A DNA stretch of 64,000 bases from an uncultured Spirochaetota bacterium (lineage in GTDB: Bacteria > Spirochaetota > Spirochaetia > SZUA-6 > Fen-1364): NCBI GenBank assembly GCA_963734545.1, contig CAVTHO010000003.1:256001-320000 (forward strand), given 5' to 3'. The number at the start of each line of letters is the position of its first letter. Within the stretch, counting starts at the first letter, position 1. Positions 29,452 through 40,235 of the stretch are shown piece after piece. The notes under the pieces are model-generated. The model did not search any database. It saw only the letters and a list, made by a program, of their open reading frames with translations, and was not told the DNA's origin. The translations under genes and the position numbers were made by a program.

Positions 29452-31232
29452 TTGAAGCTCTCATTCCGGAAACACCTCCTGCCTGTCGTCGCCTTGACGG
29501 CAGCGGTGATGATGGCGGGCTGTCCGCTCCCCTTCGAGTACAATGGCCCAGGCACAGGCACCTCCCACACCACAGATCCGAGCAGCCCCAACATTACGGC
29601 CCCCGTGACGGTGTCCTATTCCGTGCAGGGCGGGCCATCAGGGACCGTCGGGGACGGCGGCTCCTTCTATGCGGGCCAGACGATGACCGTGACCCTGTCC
29701 ACTGCCACCGTGAGTGCTCTCATCTTCTATACCGACGACGGGACTCCGCTCTCGCTCTCCAGCCTGGGCTCGGTCAAAAAGATAAGCGCGTCGAGCGGTG
29801 AGATCACGATCACCCGGGCCACCTCTCTCCAGTCCCTGGACATTCGCGCCATCGCGATCGGCCCCAATATGCTGCCCAGTGCGGCCGTCCACGCGACTGT
29901 GGGCGTCAGCCCCTACCCGATCCTTTCGATCACCCGGGACAAGGCCTCCGTGAGCGAGGATGGGGGAACGGCGACATTCACGATTACCTCCTCCAGCGCT
30001 CCGGCCAGCGACATCACCGTGCACCTCTCGACCAGCGGTGACCCCGCGGCGAACTACGTGACGACCGGCGGGACACCCTTCCCCTCGTCCTTTACCGCGA
30101 CGCTCCTCGCAGGCGCGACCACGATCAGCCTCCCCATCACCGGGCAGCCTGATGCCGACGGCGTCAACGAGACTGTCACCCTGACGATCCAACCGGACCC
30201 CAGCAACCCCCCTGCCTACACGGTCGGCGCGCCCGCGAGCGCGAGCGTGGTTATCCAGGACAACCGGGCGCCCGTGCTCACGTTGAGCGGGTCCCCCACC
30301 AGCCTTGTGGACGGACAGATTTCGGTTTTTACGGTTCATGCCAGCTTTGCACCGGACGCAGACCACACGGTGAATATCTCGTCGAGCGGCTACACCGCCG
30401 GCAAGGTGTCTGTTCCCACGAGCGTGACAATACCGGCCGGAGCCACCAGCGCGCAATTCCAGGTGGTCGGGCCGTCCGAGGTCGGCTACGAGGTGCAGAA
30501 CCCGACTGTGTCTCTTGTTCCAGGGATCGGGCATACCATCGGCTCCCCCGGCGCGGTGACCCTTCAGATACGTGACGACACGATGGGCGTCTTCGAGTAC
30601 GACGGCGTCTGGGGCTTCACTACGGGCACCGGAAGCAACGTCGGCACGGGCGCCAGTTGGAACTTGACGGGCAACGTTACCCTCGGGAGCGGGGGCCTGA
30701 CCTTCGGCGGGGTGTATGGCAGCGACGATGCCACGGTCGCCGTCTCCAATGGGTCCGCGGACTTCGACAAGAACCGTTTCACGCTGGCGGTGAAATTCAC
30801 CATGGCCGATCTGAGCCAGGCTCGCCCCATCATAGCCGGGGGGCCGGCGACCGCTGGATAATAGCGCAGAGCGACACCGCGGGCGCCCTGTCGGTGGACT
30901 TCAACAACCACGGGCTTATCGGCGGCAATCCCGTCGATCCCGCCTACAATCTGGACCTCGGGATGACGATTGCGGCCGGCACGACCTATACCCTTGTGCT
31001 CAACGTAGACGTCGCCGCGCACACACTCACGGCGTGGCTGAACGGGGTGAGCGTCACCAGGTCGCTGCCCTCGTACTTCGCGTGGGAGAACCCGACGGGA
31101 GACGAGGTCCTTACGGCCAATGACTACTCGCGCGGCCGCGCCTTCAAGGGCACATGGGACTGGGTCTTTGCGGCGAACGGTCTTCTGGACAACACCGAGG
31201 TCAATCAGATCGCGGCGGCCTCCGGCCTGTAG
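29452..31232 (+). CDS. Surface lipoprotein A: Fn3-associated/chitobiase-C-like and Calx-beta/Ig-like domains with a LamG-like C-terminus (frameshift in G-run at ~30840)
   Basis: Lipobox VMMAGC, IFYTDDGTP, VSEDGGTATFTIT, and a C-terminal FTLAVKF...AWLNG...FKG segment. TTG start after GGAGG. Confidence 0.75.
29484..30265 (+). repeat. Copy 1 of a ~780-bp direct repeat (5' half of lipoprotein)
   Basis: Near-identical to 32460..33238, mostly third-position differences, more divergent toward the 3' end. Confidence 0.95.
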
Positions 31233-31446
31233 GCGCCCGGGGCCGACGGGAAGACGAAGCGCATCAAGGAGCCCACGGCGGCCCCCGCCGCGCTCGGGCC
31301 GTTGTGCATAATCCCTTCCTCGGAAGAGAGCAATCCGGTTCTTGCTGCATTGGTGAGCCGCCTTGTCTCAGGGGATCTTCCCGCCTACAATAGAGGACCT
31401 TCCGCGGGAAAATGGAGGGATGGGAACCTCCGGAAGGACGGGAACC

Positions 31447-32302
31447 ATGCAGTGGCAGGGAAGACGGAAGAGCGACAATGTCGTTGACAAGCGGCGCATC
31501 GGCGGCCGAGGTCTGGCGGTCGGAGGGGGTCTCGGCGGCGTCGTGATCCTCGTCGTGTATCTCCTTCTCGGTGGTGACCCGGGCAAAGATCACGCAGAGC
31601 CTTCAGGCAGAAAACCCGGCGTCGCCTGCCGAAGTCGGCCAGCCGCTCAGCGAGAAGGACAAGGAGCTTGGCGATTTCGTCTCCGTTGTCCTTGCCGACA
31701 CCGAGGACGTCTGGGGTGGGCAGTTCAGGCAGCTGGGAGAGGAGTATCGAAATCCGCGCCTGGTCCTGTTCACGGGCGAGGTTGATTCGGCCTGCGGCTT
31801 CGCCGGTGCCGCCGTCGGCCCCTTCTATTGTCCCGGTGACGAGAATGTCTACATCGACCTCGCATTCTTCGAGGACATGCAGCGCGAGCTCGGCGCGCCG
31901 GGCGATTTTGCCCTTGCCTATGTCATTGCCCACGAGGTCGGCCACCACGTCCAGAAACTGCTCGGGATCAACGAGGAGGTCGCGGCGCAGCGGAGCCGCA
32001 TGAGCGAACGGAACGCCAACAAGCTCTCGGTCCGCATGGAGCTGCAGGCAGATTTCCTGGCCGGCGTCTGGGCGCATTATGCCCGGGAGTCGAAAGGCTT
32101 CATCGACTCGGCCGACATCGAGGAGGGGATCAACGCGGCCGGCGCGGTGGGTGACGACAGAATCATGAAGCGGACGCGGGGCAGCGTCGTGCCCGACGCA
32201 TTCACCCACGGCACCTCGGAACAGCGCGTCCGCTGGTTCAGGAAGGGGCTGGAGACCGGGGATATCCGCCAGGGAGACACGTTCGGCGCCGCCAGGCTCT
32301 GA
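31447..32302 (+). CDS. ypfJ: Neutral zinc metallopeptidase, YpfJ family (frameshift near 31585)
   Basis: MQWQGRRKSDNVVDKR, GPFYCPGD, AYVIAHEVGHHVQ, ELQADFLAG and FTHGTSEQR motifs. Confidence 0.9.
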
Positions 32303-32427
32303 CAGTTCCCCGCCGCGCGCAATCCTGGCCAGGAAATGATGCCGGGCGCAAGGCCGCCGCTTCATTGGGTTTTTGCGTCCGCGAGTGTATAGTTAATGGT
32401 ATGCCGGTGTCCGGGGGAGAACGACGC

Positions 32428-34665
32428 ATGAAGGTCTCTTGCAGGAAGTCCCTTCTGCTTGTCGTCGCCTTGACGGCCGTGGTGATGATCGCGGGCTGTC
32501 CGCTCCCCTTCGAGTATAACGGCCCGGGCACGGGCACCTCCCACACCACAGATCCGAGCAGCCCCAGCATAACAGCCCCTGTGACGGTGTCCTATTCCGT
32601 GCAGGGCGGGCCATCGGGGACCGTCGGGGACGGCGGTACCTTCTATGCGGGCGACACGATGACCGTGACCCTGTCCACCGCCACGGTGAGCGCTCTCATC
32701 TTCTATACCGACGACGGGACTCCGCTCGCCCTCACCGGCCTGGGCTCGGCCAAAAAGATAAGCGCGTCGAGCGGAGAGATCACGATCACCCGGGCCACCT
32801 CTCTCCAGTCCCTGGACATTCACGCCATTGCGATCGGCCCCAATATGCTGCCCAGTGCGGTTGTCCACGCGATTGTGGGTGTCAGCCCCTACCCGATCCT
32901 TTCGATCACCCGGGACAACGCTTTCGCGAGCGAGGATGGGGGAACGGCGACCTTCACCATTACCTCCTCCAGCGCTCCGGCCAGTGACATCACCGTGAAC
33001 CTCGCGACCAGCGGCGACTATGAGTCGGGCGACGTGGCCGGCCTCCCCGCGTCGGGCTCGCCTCTCTCCGCGACGCTCCTCGCAGGCGCGACCACGATCA
33101 CTATTCCCATCACCGGGCAGCCGGATGCTGACCTCGTCAACGATACGGTCACCCTGATGCTCCAGGCCGGCTCGACAACGCCCCCTCTCTACACGGTTGG
33201 CGCGCCCGCGAGCGCGAACGTGGTGATTCAGGACAACCAGACGCCGAAGTACACGGTGACGTACGACGGCAACGGAAACACCGGCGGAAGCGTCCCGACG
33301 GACAGCAACAGCTACCTGCAGGGAGCGCCAGTTACCGTCAAGGGCAACACGGGCAGCCTGGTCAGGACAGCCTATGCCTTCACAGGCTGGAACACCCAAG
33401 CCGGCGGTGGCGGGACAACGTACACTGTTGGGGCAACTTTCCCGATGGGTACATCAAATGTGACCCTGTACGCGGTCTGGACGCCGACCTACACGGTGAC
33501 GTACAACGGGAACCTGAGCACCGGGGGCACAGTGCCGACCGACAGCAACAGCTATCTGTCCGGCGCAACGGTCACCGTGAAGCTTCCTGGCACAATGGTC
33601 AGAGCCGGATTCACCTTCAACGGGTGGAATACGGCTGCCGATGGGACCGGCACTCCTCGTGCCGCCGGCTCCACCATGACGATGGGATCGGCAAACGTAA
33701 CCTTGTACGCCATGTGGATAAGATATTTCGTGACGTACAACGGCAATGGAAATGACGGCGGCGGGGTGCCGATCGACGGCAATGGCTATCCCGCGGGCGG
33801 GACCGTGGCGGTTCTCGGTGCGGGCACTATGTCGCTCAGCACGGGCTTCTTCGTGGGCTGGAATACCGCCGCAAACGGGTCAGGAACAACCTATCTGGGC
33901 GGTCAGACGTTCACGATGGGCTCCGCAAACGTGACTCTCTATGCGATGTGGGCCATAGTGACCGGTACGACGCTCACCTCTGTTCCATTGAATGCGACGA
34001 ACGTCGTGGTTCCTGAAGGCGTCACGGACATTGGCACTGCCCTCAGGGATCTTCCCAACCTGGTCAGCGTGACCCTTCCGTCCACTCTTGCCACCGTCAC
34101 CCTTCAGGCCTTGTACGTGTGTCCCCAGCTGACCACGATCATCAGCAACAGCACGCGATTCCAGGTCATCAACGGGGCGTTGGTCGATACTGCAGCCAAC
34201 AGACTCATTCAGGTTCCCGTAAAGCTGAGCGGCGCATTTGCCATTCCCGCGGGAGTGACAAACATCGACGCTTACGCCTTCGGCGACTGCGCGAATCTCA
34301 CCAGTATCTCGATTCCCGCCTCCCTGACGACGATCAGCGGCAATGGCTTCTCCGGTCTGCACAGCTATATTCCTATTGTCCTTCCCTCTACGGTCACGAA
34401 CATCGGTGCCTACGCCTTCATATACAGCTGGGTCACGAGCATCACCATTCCCGCGAGCGTCACCTTCATCGGCACGAAAGCCATGGCAGGCAGCACGTAT
34501 CTCACGAATGTCTACATGGCAGCGAGCACCCCACCCACGCTTGGCGCGGCTGACGTGTTTTCTTCGTCCTCCCCGACCGTCCATGTGCCCACCGCCGCCG
34601 CGGTGGCCGCCTATCAAGCTAACGCGAACTGGGCTGCGAGCGGAGTCTCGATCGTGACCCCGTAG
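32428..34665 (+). CDS. Surface lipoprotein B: same N-terminal half as A, then 3 Listeria-Bacteroides (Flg_new) repeats and BspA-type LRRs
   Basis: Lipobox VMIAGC; three YxVTYxGN...GWNT...TLYAxW repeats; IPAGVTNIDAYAFGDC and LPSTVTNIGAYAF. Confidence 0.88.
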   Translation: MKVSCRKSLLLVVALTAVVMIAGCPLPFEYNGPGTGTSHTTDPSSPSITAPVTVSYSVQGGPSGTVGDGGTFYAGDTMTVTLSTATVSALIFYTDDGTPLALTGLGSAKKISASSGEITITRATSLQSLDIHAIAIGPNMLPSAVVHAIVGVSPYPILSITRDNAFASEDGGTATFTITSSSAPASDITVNLATSGDYESGDVAGLPASGSPLSATLLAGATTITIPITGQPDADLVNDTVTLMLQAGSTTPPLYTVGAPASANVVIQDNQTPKYTVTYDGNGNTGGSVPTDSNSYLQGAPVTVKGNTGSLVRTAYAFTGWNTQAGGGGTTYTVGATFPMGTSNVTLYAVWTPTYTVTYNGNLSTGGTVPTDSNSYLSGATVTVKLPGTMVRAGFTFNGWNTAADGTGTPRAAGSTMTMGSANVTLYAMWIRYFVTYNGNGNDGGGVPIDGNGYPAGGTVAVLGAGTMSLSTGFFVGWNTAANGSGTTYLGGQTFTMGSANVTLYAMWAIVTGTTLTSVPLNATNVVVPEGVTDIGTALRDLPNLVSVTLPSTLATVTLQALYVCPQLTTIISNSTRFQVINGALVDTAANRLIQVPVKLSGAFAIPAGVTNIDAYAFGDCANLTSISIPASLTTISGNGFSGLHSYIPIVLPSTVTNIGAYAFIYSWVTSITIPASVTFIGTKAMAGSTYLTNVYMAASTPPTLGAADVFSSSSPTVHVPTAAAVAAYQANANWAASGVSIVTP
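32460..33238 (+). repeat. Copy 2 of the ~780-bp direct repeat
   Basis: Near-identical to 29484..30265. Confidence 0.95.
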
Positions 34666-34707
34666 GGGTGATCAGCTGATGAACGCAGCTGCTGAAGGCA
34701 AAACGCC

Positions 34708-35439
34708 CTATCTTCTCTGCGCGGATATCTTGATGCTATAGCGATCGCTGCGGATGAATAATTCTGACAGAAGAACTGGAAGGCCTCGTTTATCGTGTAC
34801 GATCGTTCTGACATGCAAGAGGGGGTGGCCCTGGCGGCAGGAAAGGGTCTTGGCAAGCTGCGGAGTTGCCAGAATCGCCCTGACATCCTTCTCACCGTAG
34901 AGCAGGGCTATTCCGCTTGACTCCAGCTTGACGAACAGGGACTCGTTCTCGCCCAGCTCGGAAATCCGGGCCTGTTCGGCAATCGCCAGCGGCAGGAAAG
35001 TGTCGTCGCGCAGCAACACTTCATTGTCTACGTAGCGGATGCGTTGGAGGTGATGAATCGACGGCGCGGTCTGCTGAAGGTCCCGCGCCACATTGGGGAG
35101 ATCCACAACCTCGTTTGCCCTGACGACAGATCGGACCACCCGCCCTTGAGACTCCATTTCTTCGCTCAGCCCGGCGAGGTGCTCTTGATTACGGACGATC
35201 TGACGTTTGGCCGCAAAAGTACCTATCCCTCGCTCTTTGTACAACACGCGCTCGTCGGCGAGTTCGTCCAGGGCTTTGCGCAAGGTCATCCGGCTGACGC
35301 CGTAGAACGCTACAAGCTCGACCTCAGTTGGGATCTTTGCGCCGACCACCCACTCCCCGGAGTTGATCCTGGAAATAATGTCCTCTTTGATTTGGAAGTA
35401 CGCCGAAATGCCCTTCTTGAACGAAATACCAGATTTCAT
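34708..35439 (-). CDS. GntR-family regulator, HutC/UTRA subfamily
   Basis: YFQIKEDI, IPTEVEL-YGVSRMTLRKAL, RGIGTF and a UTRA-type C-terminus. Confidence 0.92.
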   Translation of the reverse strand: MKSGISFKKGISAYFQIKEDIISRINSGEWVVGAKIPTEVELVAFYGVSRMTLRKALDELADERVLYKERGIGTFAAKRQIVRNQEHLAGLSEEMESQGRVVRSVVRANEVVDLPNVARDLQQTAPSIHHLQRIRYVDNEVLLRDDTFLPLAIAEQARISELGENESLFVKLESSGIALLYGEKDVRAILATPQLAKTLSCRQGHPLLHVRTIVHDKRGLPVLLSELFIRSDRYSIKISAQRR

Positions 35440-35466
35440 GGCAGGGTCCCCATATAGGCGAAAAGC

Positions 35467-36537
35467 TTATTCACCAGAGTCCGCACCTTGCAGTATCCCT
35501 GCTATATCGGCAGGCGTCGGCAGCGAAGGAATAACGCCTTCAATCTGCACTGCGTGCGCAGCGGCGGCTGAAGCGTAATCACCGATTGTCCGCAACTCAT
35601 TCGTGTCCAGCCGGGCGCCGCGGAGATTGGCTTTCAGAGAAATGGTTCTCGCCAGGAGGGCAGCCATATAGGCATCCCCGGCGCCTGTCGTGTCCACGAC
35701 ACGCTCTTCCGGCACTTTGGCGGCAGCGATGCGCTCATAAACAGTTCGCGAGCTGGCCAGAATTGAGCCCTTGCGCCCGTCGGTGAGTGCCAGGAGTCGC
35801 AGGTTGGGTGCATAGTCAAAAATCGCTTCCCAACGTGCGTTCTGAGCGCGGCTGTTGTGCAACACGAACTCCAATTCTCTCACATCAATCTTCAGTATGT
35901 CTACTAGTCGCAGTAGTCTGCGAATCTCCCATTGCGCTTCTGAGGAAGTCCGCCATAGACTTGCCCGAAGGTTGACATCGAAAGCGACTTGCACACCAGC
36001 GCGGCGCGCATAGTGCACCGCGGAAAAGCAGGTGGTTCGCAACGGCTTGGCCACGAGCGCCATCGAGCTCGTATAGAGGACGTGAGCGTTTCGGAGCGTG
36101 CGGAGAGGTACGTGCTGCCGGGCCAGGTAGGTGTTCGCGCAGGGGTGACGAAAGAACACATACTCAGGTACCCGCTGGGCATTCAGCGAGATGAACGCGA
36201 TCCCAGTTCGGCGTTTGGGATCTCGACTGACTGACGCCGTCCCGACGTTGAGAGTCTGCATGGTTTCCAGCAGAAAATCGCCAAAGGGATCGGTCCCTAG
36301 TCGTGTGACAATGCAGGCCGTCTTGCCGAGTCGCGACACTCCGGCGGCGACATTCCCTGCTGATCCTCCTGGGTACCGTCTGAACTGGATCGCTTCGGCA
36401 AGCCGCTGTTGCCCTGACGCAATGAAGTCGACCATCAATTCACCAAGGCACACCACATCGAACCGTTCGTTTCCTTCTGCAGGGATCCCGGTGACCTTTA
36501 CCCCAGACAGGGGAGCATCGGCCGTGTTGTTTCCCAT
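35467..36537 (-). CDS. PfkB-family carbohydrate kinase
   Basis: GELMVDF, PGGSAGNVA, FDVNLR and VVDTTGAGDAY motifs. Confidence 0.9.
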   Translation of the reverse strand: MGNNTADAPLSGVKVTGIPAEGNERFDVVCLGELMVDFIASGQQRLAEAIQFRRYPGGSAGNVAAGVSRLGKTACIVTRLGTDPFGDFLLETMQTLNVGTASVSRDPKRRTGIAFISLNAQRVPEYVFFRHPCANTYLARQHVPLRTLRNAHVLYTSSMALVAKPLRTTCFSAVHYARRAGVQVAFDVNLRASLWRTSSEAQWEIRRLLRLVDILKIDVRELEFVLHNSRAQNARWEAIFDYAPNLRLLALTDGRKGSILASSRTVYERIAAAKVPEERVVDTTGAGDAYMAALLARTISLKANLRGARLDTNELRTIGDYASAAAAHAVQIEGVIPSLPTPADIAGILQGADSGE

Positions 36538-36587
36538 CCGCTTGTCTCCGCTCTGTTCACGATGATAGCCTTGCGTTCAACAGCCTC

Positions 36588-37289
36588 TTAGAAAAGATCC
36601 GCCCAATTCTCCCTGTTGTTGAAAGCAGCGGCGGTCTCTTCCAGGATCATATGCCCGGTCTTCATTACATAAACTCGATCCGATACTCGTAATGCCTGAG
36701 GTATGTTCTGCTCAACAAGCAATATGGCAGTTCCAAGGCTCTGCCGAATCTGAAGCAGGGTATCCATCAGCACCCCGACAAGGTGAGGCGATAGCCCCAA
36801 CGAGGGCTCATCCAGGAACAACAACTGTGGATTCGTGATCAGCGCCATTCCTATGCCCAACATGCGCCTCTCTCCCCCGCTCAGGGTCGAGGAATTCTGC
36901 CCCTGTCTCTCTTCCAATATTGGAAACACGCCATATATGTCCTTCAATCTGCTCGGAATATCAGCCACTCGCACGGTATAGGCCCCCAGCTCCAGATTCT
37001 CTCTGACGGTCAAACCCGGAAACGTGAATCTCTCCTGTGGTATGAAGCTGATCCCGTCTTTCACGTTGTCCCGCGGTGATCGCTGCGTGATGACCGTTCC
37101 GTTGAAGACCACGCTTCCTGAAAGCGGAGGCAGGATTCCGAAAACACTCGCCAGGGTTGTTGTCTTTCCCGCGCCGTTGTGTCCAAGAATGGAAACGATC
37201 TCGCCCTTGTCGATACCCAGGGACACACCATCAATCACGATTCGCTTCCCGTAGCCCGCCCGGAGGTCATTGACTTCCAACAACACCAT
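36588..37289 (-). CDS. livF: LIV-type ABC transporter ATPase (LivF-like)
   Basis: GHNGAGKTT, LSGGERRML, LDEPSLGL and LLVEQN motifs. Confidence 0.9.
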   Translation of the reverse strand: MVLLEVNDLRAGYGKRIVIDGVSLGIDKGEIVSILGHNGAGKTTTLASVFGILPPLSGSVVFNGTVITQRSPRDNVKDGISFIPQERFTFPGLTVRENLELGAYTVRVADIPSRLKDIYGVFPILEERQGQNSSTLSGGERRMLGIGMALITNPQLLFLDEPSLGLSPHLVGVLMDTLLQIRQSLGTAILLVEQNIPQALRVSDRVYVMKTGHMILEETAAAFNNRENWADLF

Positions 37290-37295
37290 CGTCTC

Positions 37296-39032
37296 CTATG
37301 TCGCTATCGCTTTCCTGCCAAAATACATCTCCACGAGCTCGTCATTTGACATGAGTTCCGACGGCGTACCCGAAGCTATGACGCGCCCTTGCGCCATGAA
37401 GTACGAGAAATCAGCCAGCTTGCTGACTATCTCCAGGTTGTGCTCAACGATGCAGATTGTCTTGCCGAAAGCCGCCAGGCGGCGAATGAGCGCCAGCTCC
37501 TTGTCGATTGCCGTCGGATCCGTTCCCGATGCCACTTCGTCCAGGAGAAGGATGTCCGCACCGGTAGCCAGCGCGCAGGCGAGCACCAGCATTTTGTGCT
37601 CGGCAAATGAGAGATTGGTGGCCAGTTCCCTGGCCTTGTCGCCAAGTCCGACAAAGTTGAGACTTGTCATCGCCCGCCGGATGCTTTTTCTGTCCTGCCG
37701 CGCCACTCTCCTGGGAAGGAAGAACAGAAATCGCAGCTTCTCGCCGTCCTGTTTAGGGCAGCCGAGCATGACGTTATCGAGTACGGACAGGTTCTTGAAG
37801 AAGCGAACCTCCTGAAATGTCCGGACGATCCCGAGGCGAGCCCTCGAAAATGGTGGTAGTTTCGTGATATCCAGGCCATAGAGATACACGCTGCCCGCAT
37901 CAGGCTTGATGAAGCCGGTAATGAGGTTGAAAACCGTGGTCTTGCCGGCGCCATTGGGACCGATCAGAGCAGTAATCCTGCCTTCCCTCAAGGCAAAGGA
38001 GGCATCGTTCACGGCCGTGACTCCGCCAAAATGCTTGCTCAGTCCCTTCACCTCAAGGGTCACATCCCCGTCGTGTCTGACTGAGTCATTCGTATGCCCG
38101 AGGATTTCTTCCTTGTAACTTTCTGATGACTCGAGTGAGGGGCTTGTGGTTCCGAATCCGCTATGCTCGGGCACCAGGCCCTGGGGCCTGAATCTCACGA
38201 ACAGAATCAACAGCAAACCATACATGCCGGCCTGGATCGTTCCTATTATCCCCTGACCTCCACTTGCGGATAATCGTATGAACCGAAGAGCTTCCGGCAA
38301 TGATATAAGAAGAAAGGCGCCAAGTATGGAACCCCACACGTTGGCAGATCCTCCGACAACCACCATGGCGACAATGAGAATCGATTGGTCGGCTGAGAAG
38401 CTCAAGGGACTGATGAACCTCGTGTAGACGGCAAACAGGTAGCCGCCAACCGCTGCCAGAGCGCCGCTCATGCCGAACACCAGAAGCTTGAATCGAGCGA
38501 TATTCTTCCCCAGGGCCACCGTTGCTAATTCATCCTCGCGTATGCCTTTGAGGACACGGCCGAAAGCCGAGTGCGTGGTCCGCCACACAACGAAGACACA
38601 GGGGATGAACAAGGCCAGTATCACGGGCAAGAACGATACGGGAGCAACGGGATGGTATCCGAAAAGGACGAAAGCGGGTATGCCAGAGAGCCCGCCTCCG
38701 CCTCCGGTGACACGTGACAACGTCACTATCAATCCGCTGACAAGATTCTGAATACCCAGCGTGAGAAGGATAACGAGGTCATTCTTGACTCGGAAAACAG
38801 GAAAGCTGACCAGGATACCGAACAGCCATGCGGAAGCAATGGCGATGAGAAGCACCAGGATAGAGCCGAGGCCGAGGTTGATCGCCAGGATTGCCGATAC
38901 ATATGCGCCGACGCCGAAAAAGGCCGCCTGGCTCATCGTAAGAACGCCGGTGTAGCCCTGGAGAAGATTGAGCGAAAGGGCCAGGATCGAGAAGATGAGA
39001 GCCAGATCTATTATATGGAATATGTAAGGCAT
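37296..39032 (-). CDS. Fused LIV-type permease + ATPase (LivM-LivG-like)
   Basis: SLNLLQGYTG, FGRVLKGIREDE and RPQGL, then FGGVTAV, GPNGAGKTT and VEHN. Confidence 0.9.
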   Translation of the reverse strand: MPYIFHIIDLALIFSILALSLNLLQGYTGVLTMSQAAFFGVGAYVSAILAINLGLGSILVLLIAIASAWLFGILVSFPVFRVKNDLVILLTLGIQNLVSGLIVTLSRVTGGGGGLSGIPAFVLFGYHPVAPVSFLPVILALFIPCVFVVWRTTHSAFGRVLKGIREDELATVALGKNIARFKLLVFGMSGALAAVGGYLFAVYTRFISPLSFSADQSILIVAMVVVGGSANVWGSILGAFLLISLPEALRFIRLSASGGQGIIGTIQAGMYGLLLILFVRFRPQGLVPEHSGFGTTSPSLESSESYKEEILGHTNDSVRHDGDVTLEVKGLSKHFGGVTAVNDASFALREGRITALIGPNGAGKTTVFNLITGFIKPDAGSVYLYGLDITKLPPFSRARLGIVRTFQEVRFFKNLSVLDNVMLGCPKQDGEKLRFLFFLPRRVARQDRKSIRRAMTSLNFVGLGDKARELATNLSFAEHKMLVLACALATGADILLLDEVASGTDPTAIDKELALIRRLAAFGKTICIVEHNLEIVSKLADFSYFMAQGRVIASGTPSELMSNDELVEMYFGRKAIAT

Positions 39033-39059
39033 GCACTCTTCCTCTTGCTCCGGGTACTT

Positions 39060-39935
39060 CTATTTCCTGGGCTCGAAAATTCCCTGTGGCCTGACAAGCA
39101 CGATCAGGATGAGGATCGCGAACGTGATGACGATCTGCCATTGAGATGGTATGAAAACCAGGGGCACGTTTTGCGCAAGCCCAAGGAGGATGCCGCCCAC
39201 CACTGCGCCGGCGATGCTGCCGACTCCTCCCAGAAAGGTGACAATAATGCAGGAGAAGAATGGAGCCATGCCCATACTCGGAATAACGGCTCCCCCAAGA
39301 GAATAGAGAACTGCAGCGACAGCCGCCATTCCCGATCCCAAGCCGAAAGTCAGCAGGAACGTCCGGTTCTTGTTGATACCAATGATCTCGGACATTGTCG
39401 GGTTGCATGCAACAGCCCGCATTGTCTTGCCGGCCCCGCTCCGCGCCAGGTATATCTTGAGGGATAGAATAACGAGTCCGCTCAAGGCTATTTTGAGCGC
39501 CTGCGTGCTGTCAAATGCGATACCGCCGAAATTGAGGGACCTTGTCGTGAAGCCGCTGATTGTGCGATAGTTGGCACCGAACGCGAGCTGAATGAGGCTT
39601 TGCCCCAGGATCGCCGTTCCCATTGCCGATACAAAGATGCTGAATTGGGTGGCACCCAGCCGCCTGAGCGGAGAATAGATCCCACGCTCGATGAGGTATC
39701 CCACGGCGACTGCCGCCAGAATTGCCGCGAAGAAGCCTGCTGCGAGAGGAAGGCCCAGATTCGTTGTCGCGAACACGGCTGCGTATGCTGCAGACGTGAT
39801 AACGAGAATGTGCGCGAAATGGAATGTTCCCGTCGTGCTGTAGATGAGGCTCCAGCTCAGTCCGAAGAGAGCGTACAGCATTCCGCTTGAAAGCCCGTTC
39901 AACGCAAACTGCGCCAGCAGCATTGGCATCTGCAT
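39060..39935 (-). CDS. livH: LIV-type ABC permease (LivH-like)
   Basis: NGLSSGMLYAL, FHFAH, GKTMRAVA, LGGVGS and RPQGIF motifs. Confidence 0.9.
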   Translation of the reverse strand: MQMPMLLAQFALNGLSSGMLYALFGLSWSLIYSTTGTFHFAHILVITSAAYAAVFATTNLGLPLAAGFFAAILAAVAVGYLIERGIYSPLRRLGATQFSIFVSAMGTAILGQSLIQLAFGANYRTISGFTTRSLNFGGIAFDSTQALKIALSGLVILSLKIYLARSGAGKTMRAVACNPTMSEIIGINKNRTFLLTFGLGSGMAAVAAVLYSLGGAVIPSMGMAPFFSCIIVTFLGGVGSIAGAVVGGILLGLAQNVPLVFIPSQWQIVITFAILILIVLVRPQGIFEPRK

Positions 39936-40147
39936 TCGCTCCTTCTCAGGACTCCTTCACCAGCCACCGCGCCACCGCGATCGCCCCCACCTTATCAACA
40001 CGACGAGCGCCTGGCTACATGCACTTTCGTGATATTTTTGTCGTGTGCGCTTTAGAGCAATCATGTACAAGGCGGATGCCAGGTCCCGCACCCGATCTCA
40101 CAGACAGGTGCAGGATGACCGGCGAACCCAGCCAGCCTTCATGCCTC

Positions 40148-40181
40148 CCCTGCTGCCTGCAATGCACTGCTGGCAGCAGGG
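40148..40181 (-). terminator. Hairpin after the solute-binding protein gene (mRNA stabiliser/attenuator)
   Basis: CCCTGCTGCC...GGCAGCAGGG 10-bp stem in a ~300-bp intergenic gap. Confidence 0.45.
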
Positions 40182-40235
40182 CGAAGCTCTCATCATGTTC
40201 TTGTTCGACTTTCTACAAGCTGTGCACCATCGACT

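Noticed and set aside
29484-33238. Diversity-generating retroelement template/variable repeat pair
   Set aside because: Both copies are coding 5' halves, differences are mostly synonymous and not adenine-specific, and no reverse transcriptase is present.
33250-33950. Repeat array resembling CRISPR
   Set aside because: The repeats are in-frame ~75-codon Flg_new protein domains, with no spacers or cas genes.
34660-34760. att-site duplicate of the tRNA-Leu 3' end at the island's left border
   Set aside because: Only short matches (for example GCTGCGGA inside gntR) are present, which is expected by chance.
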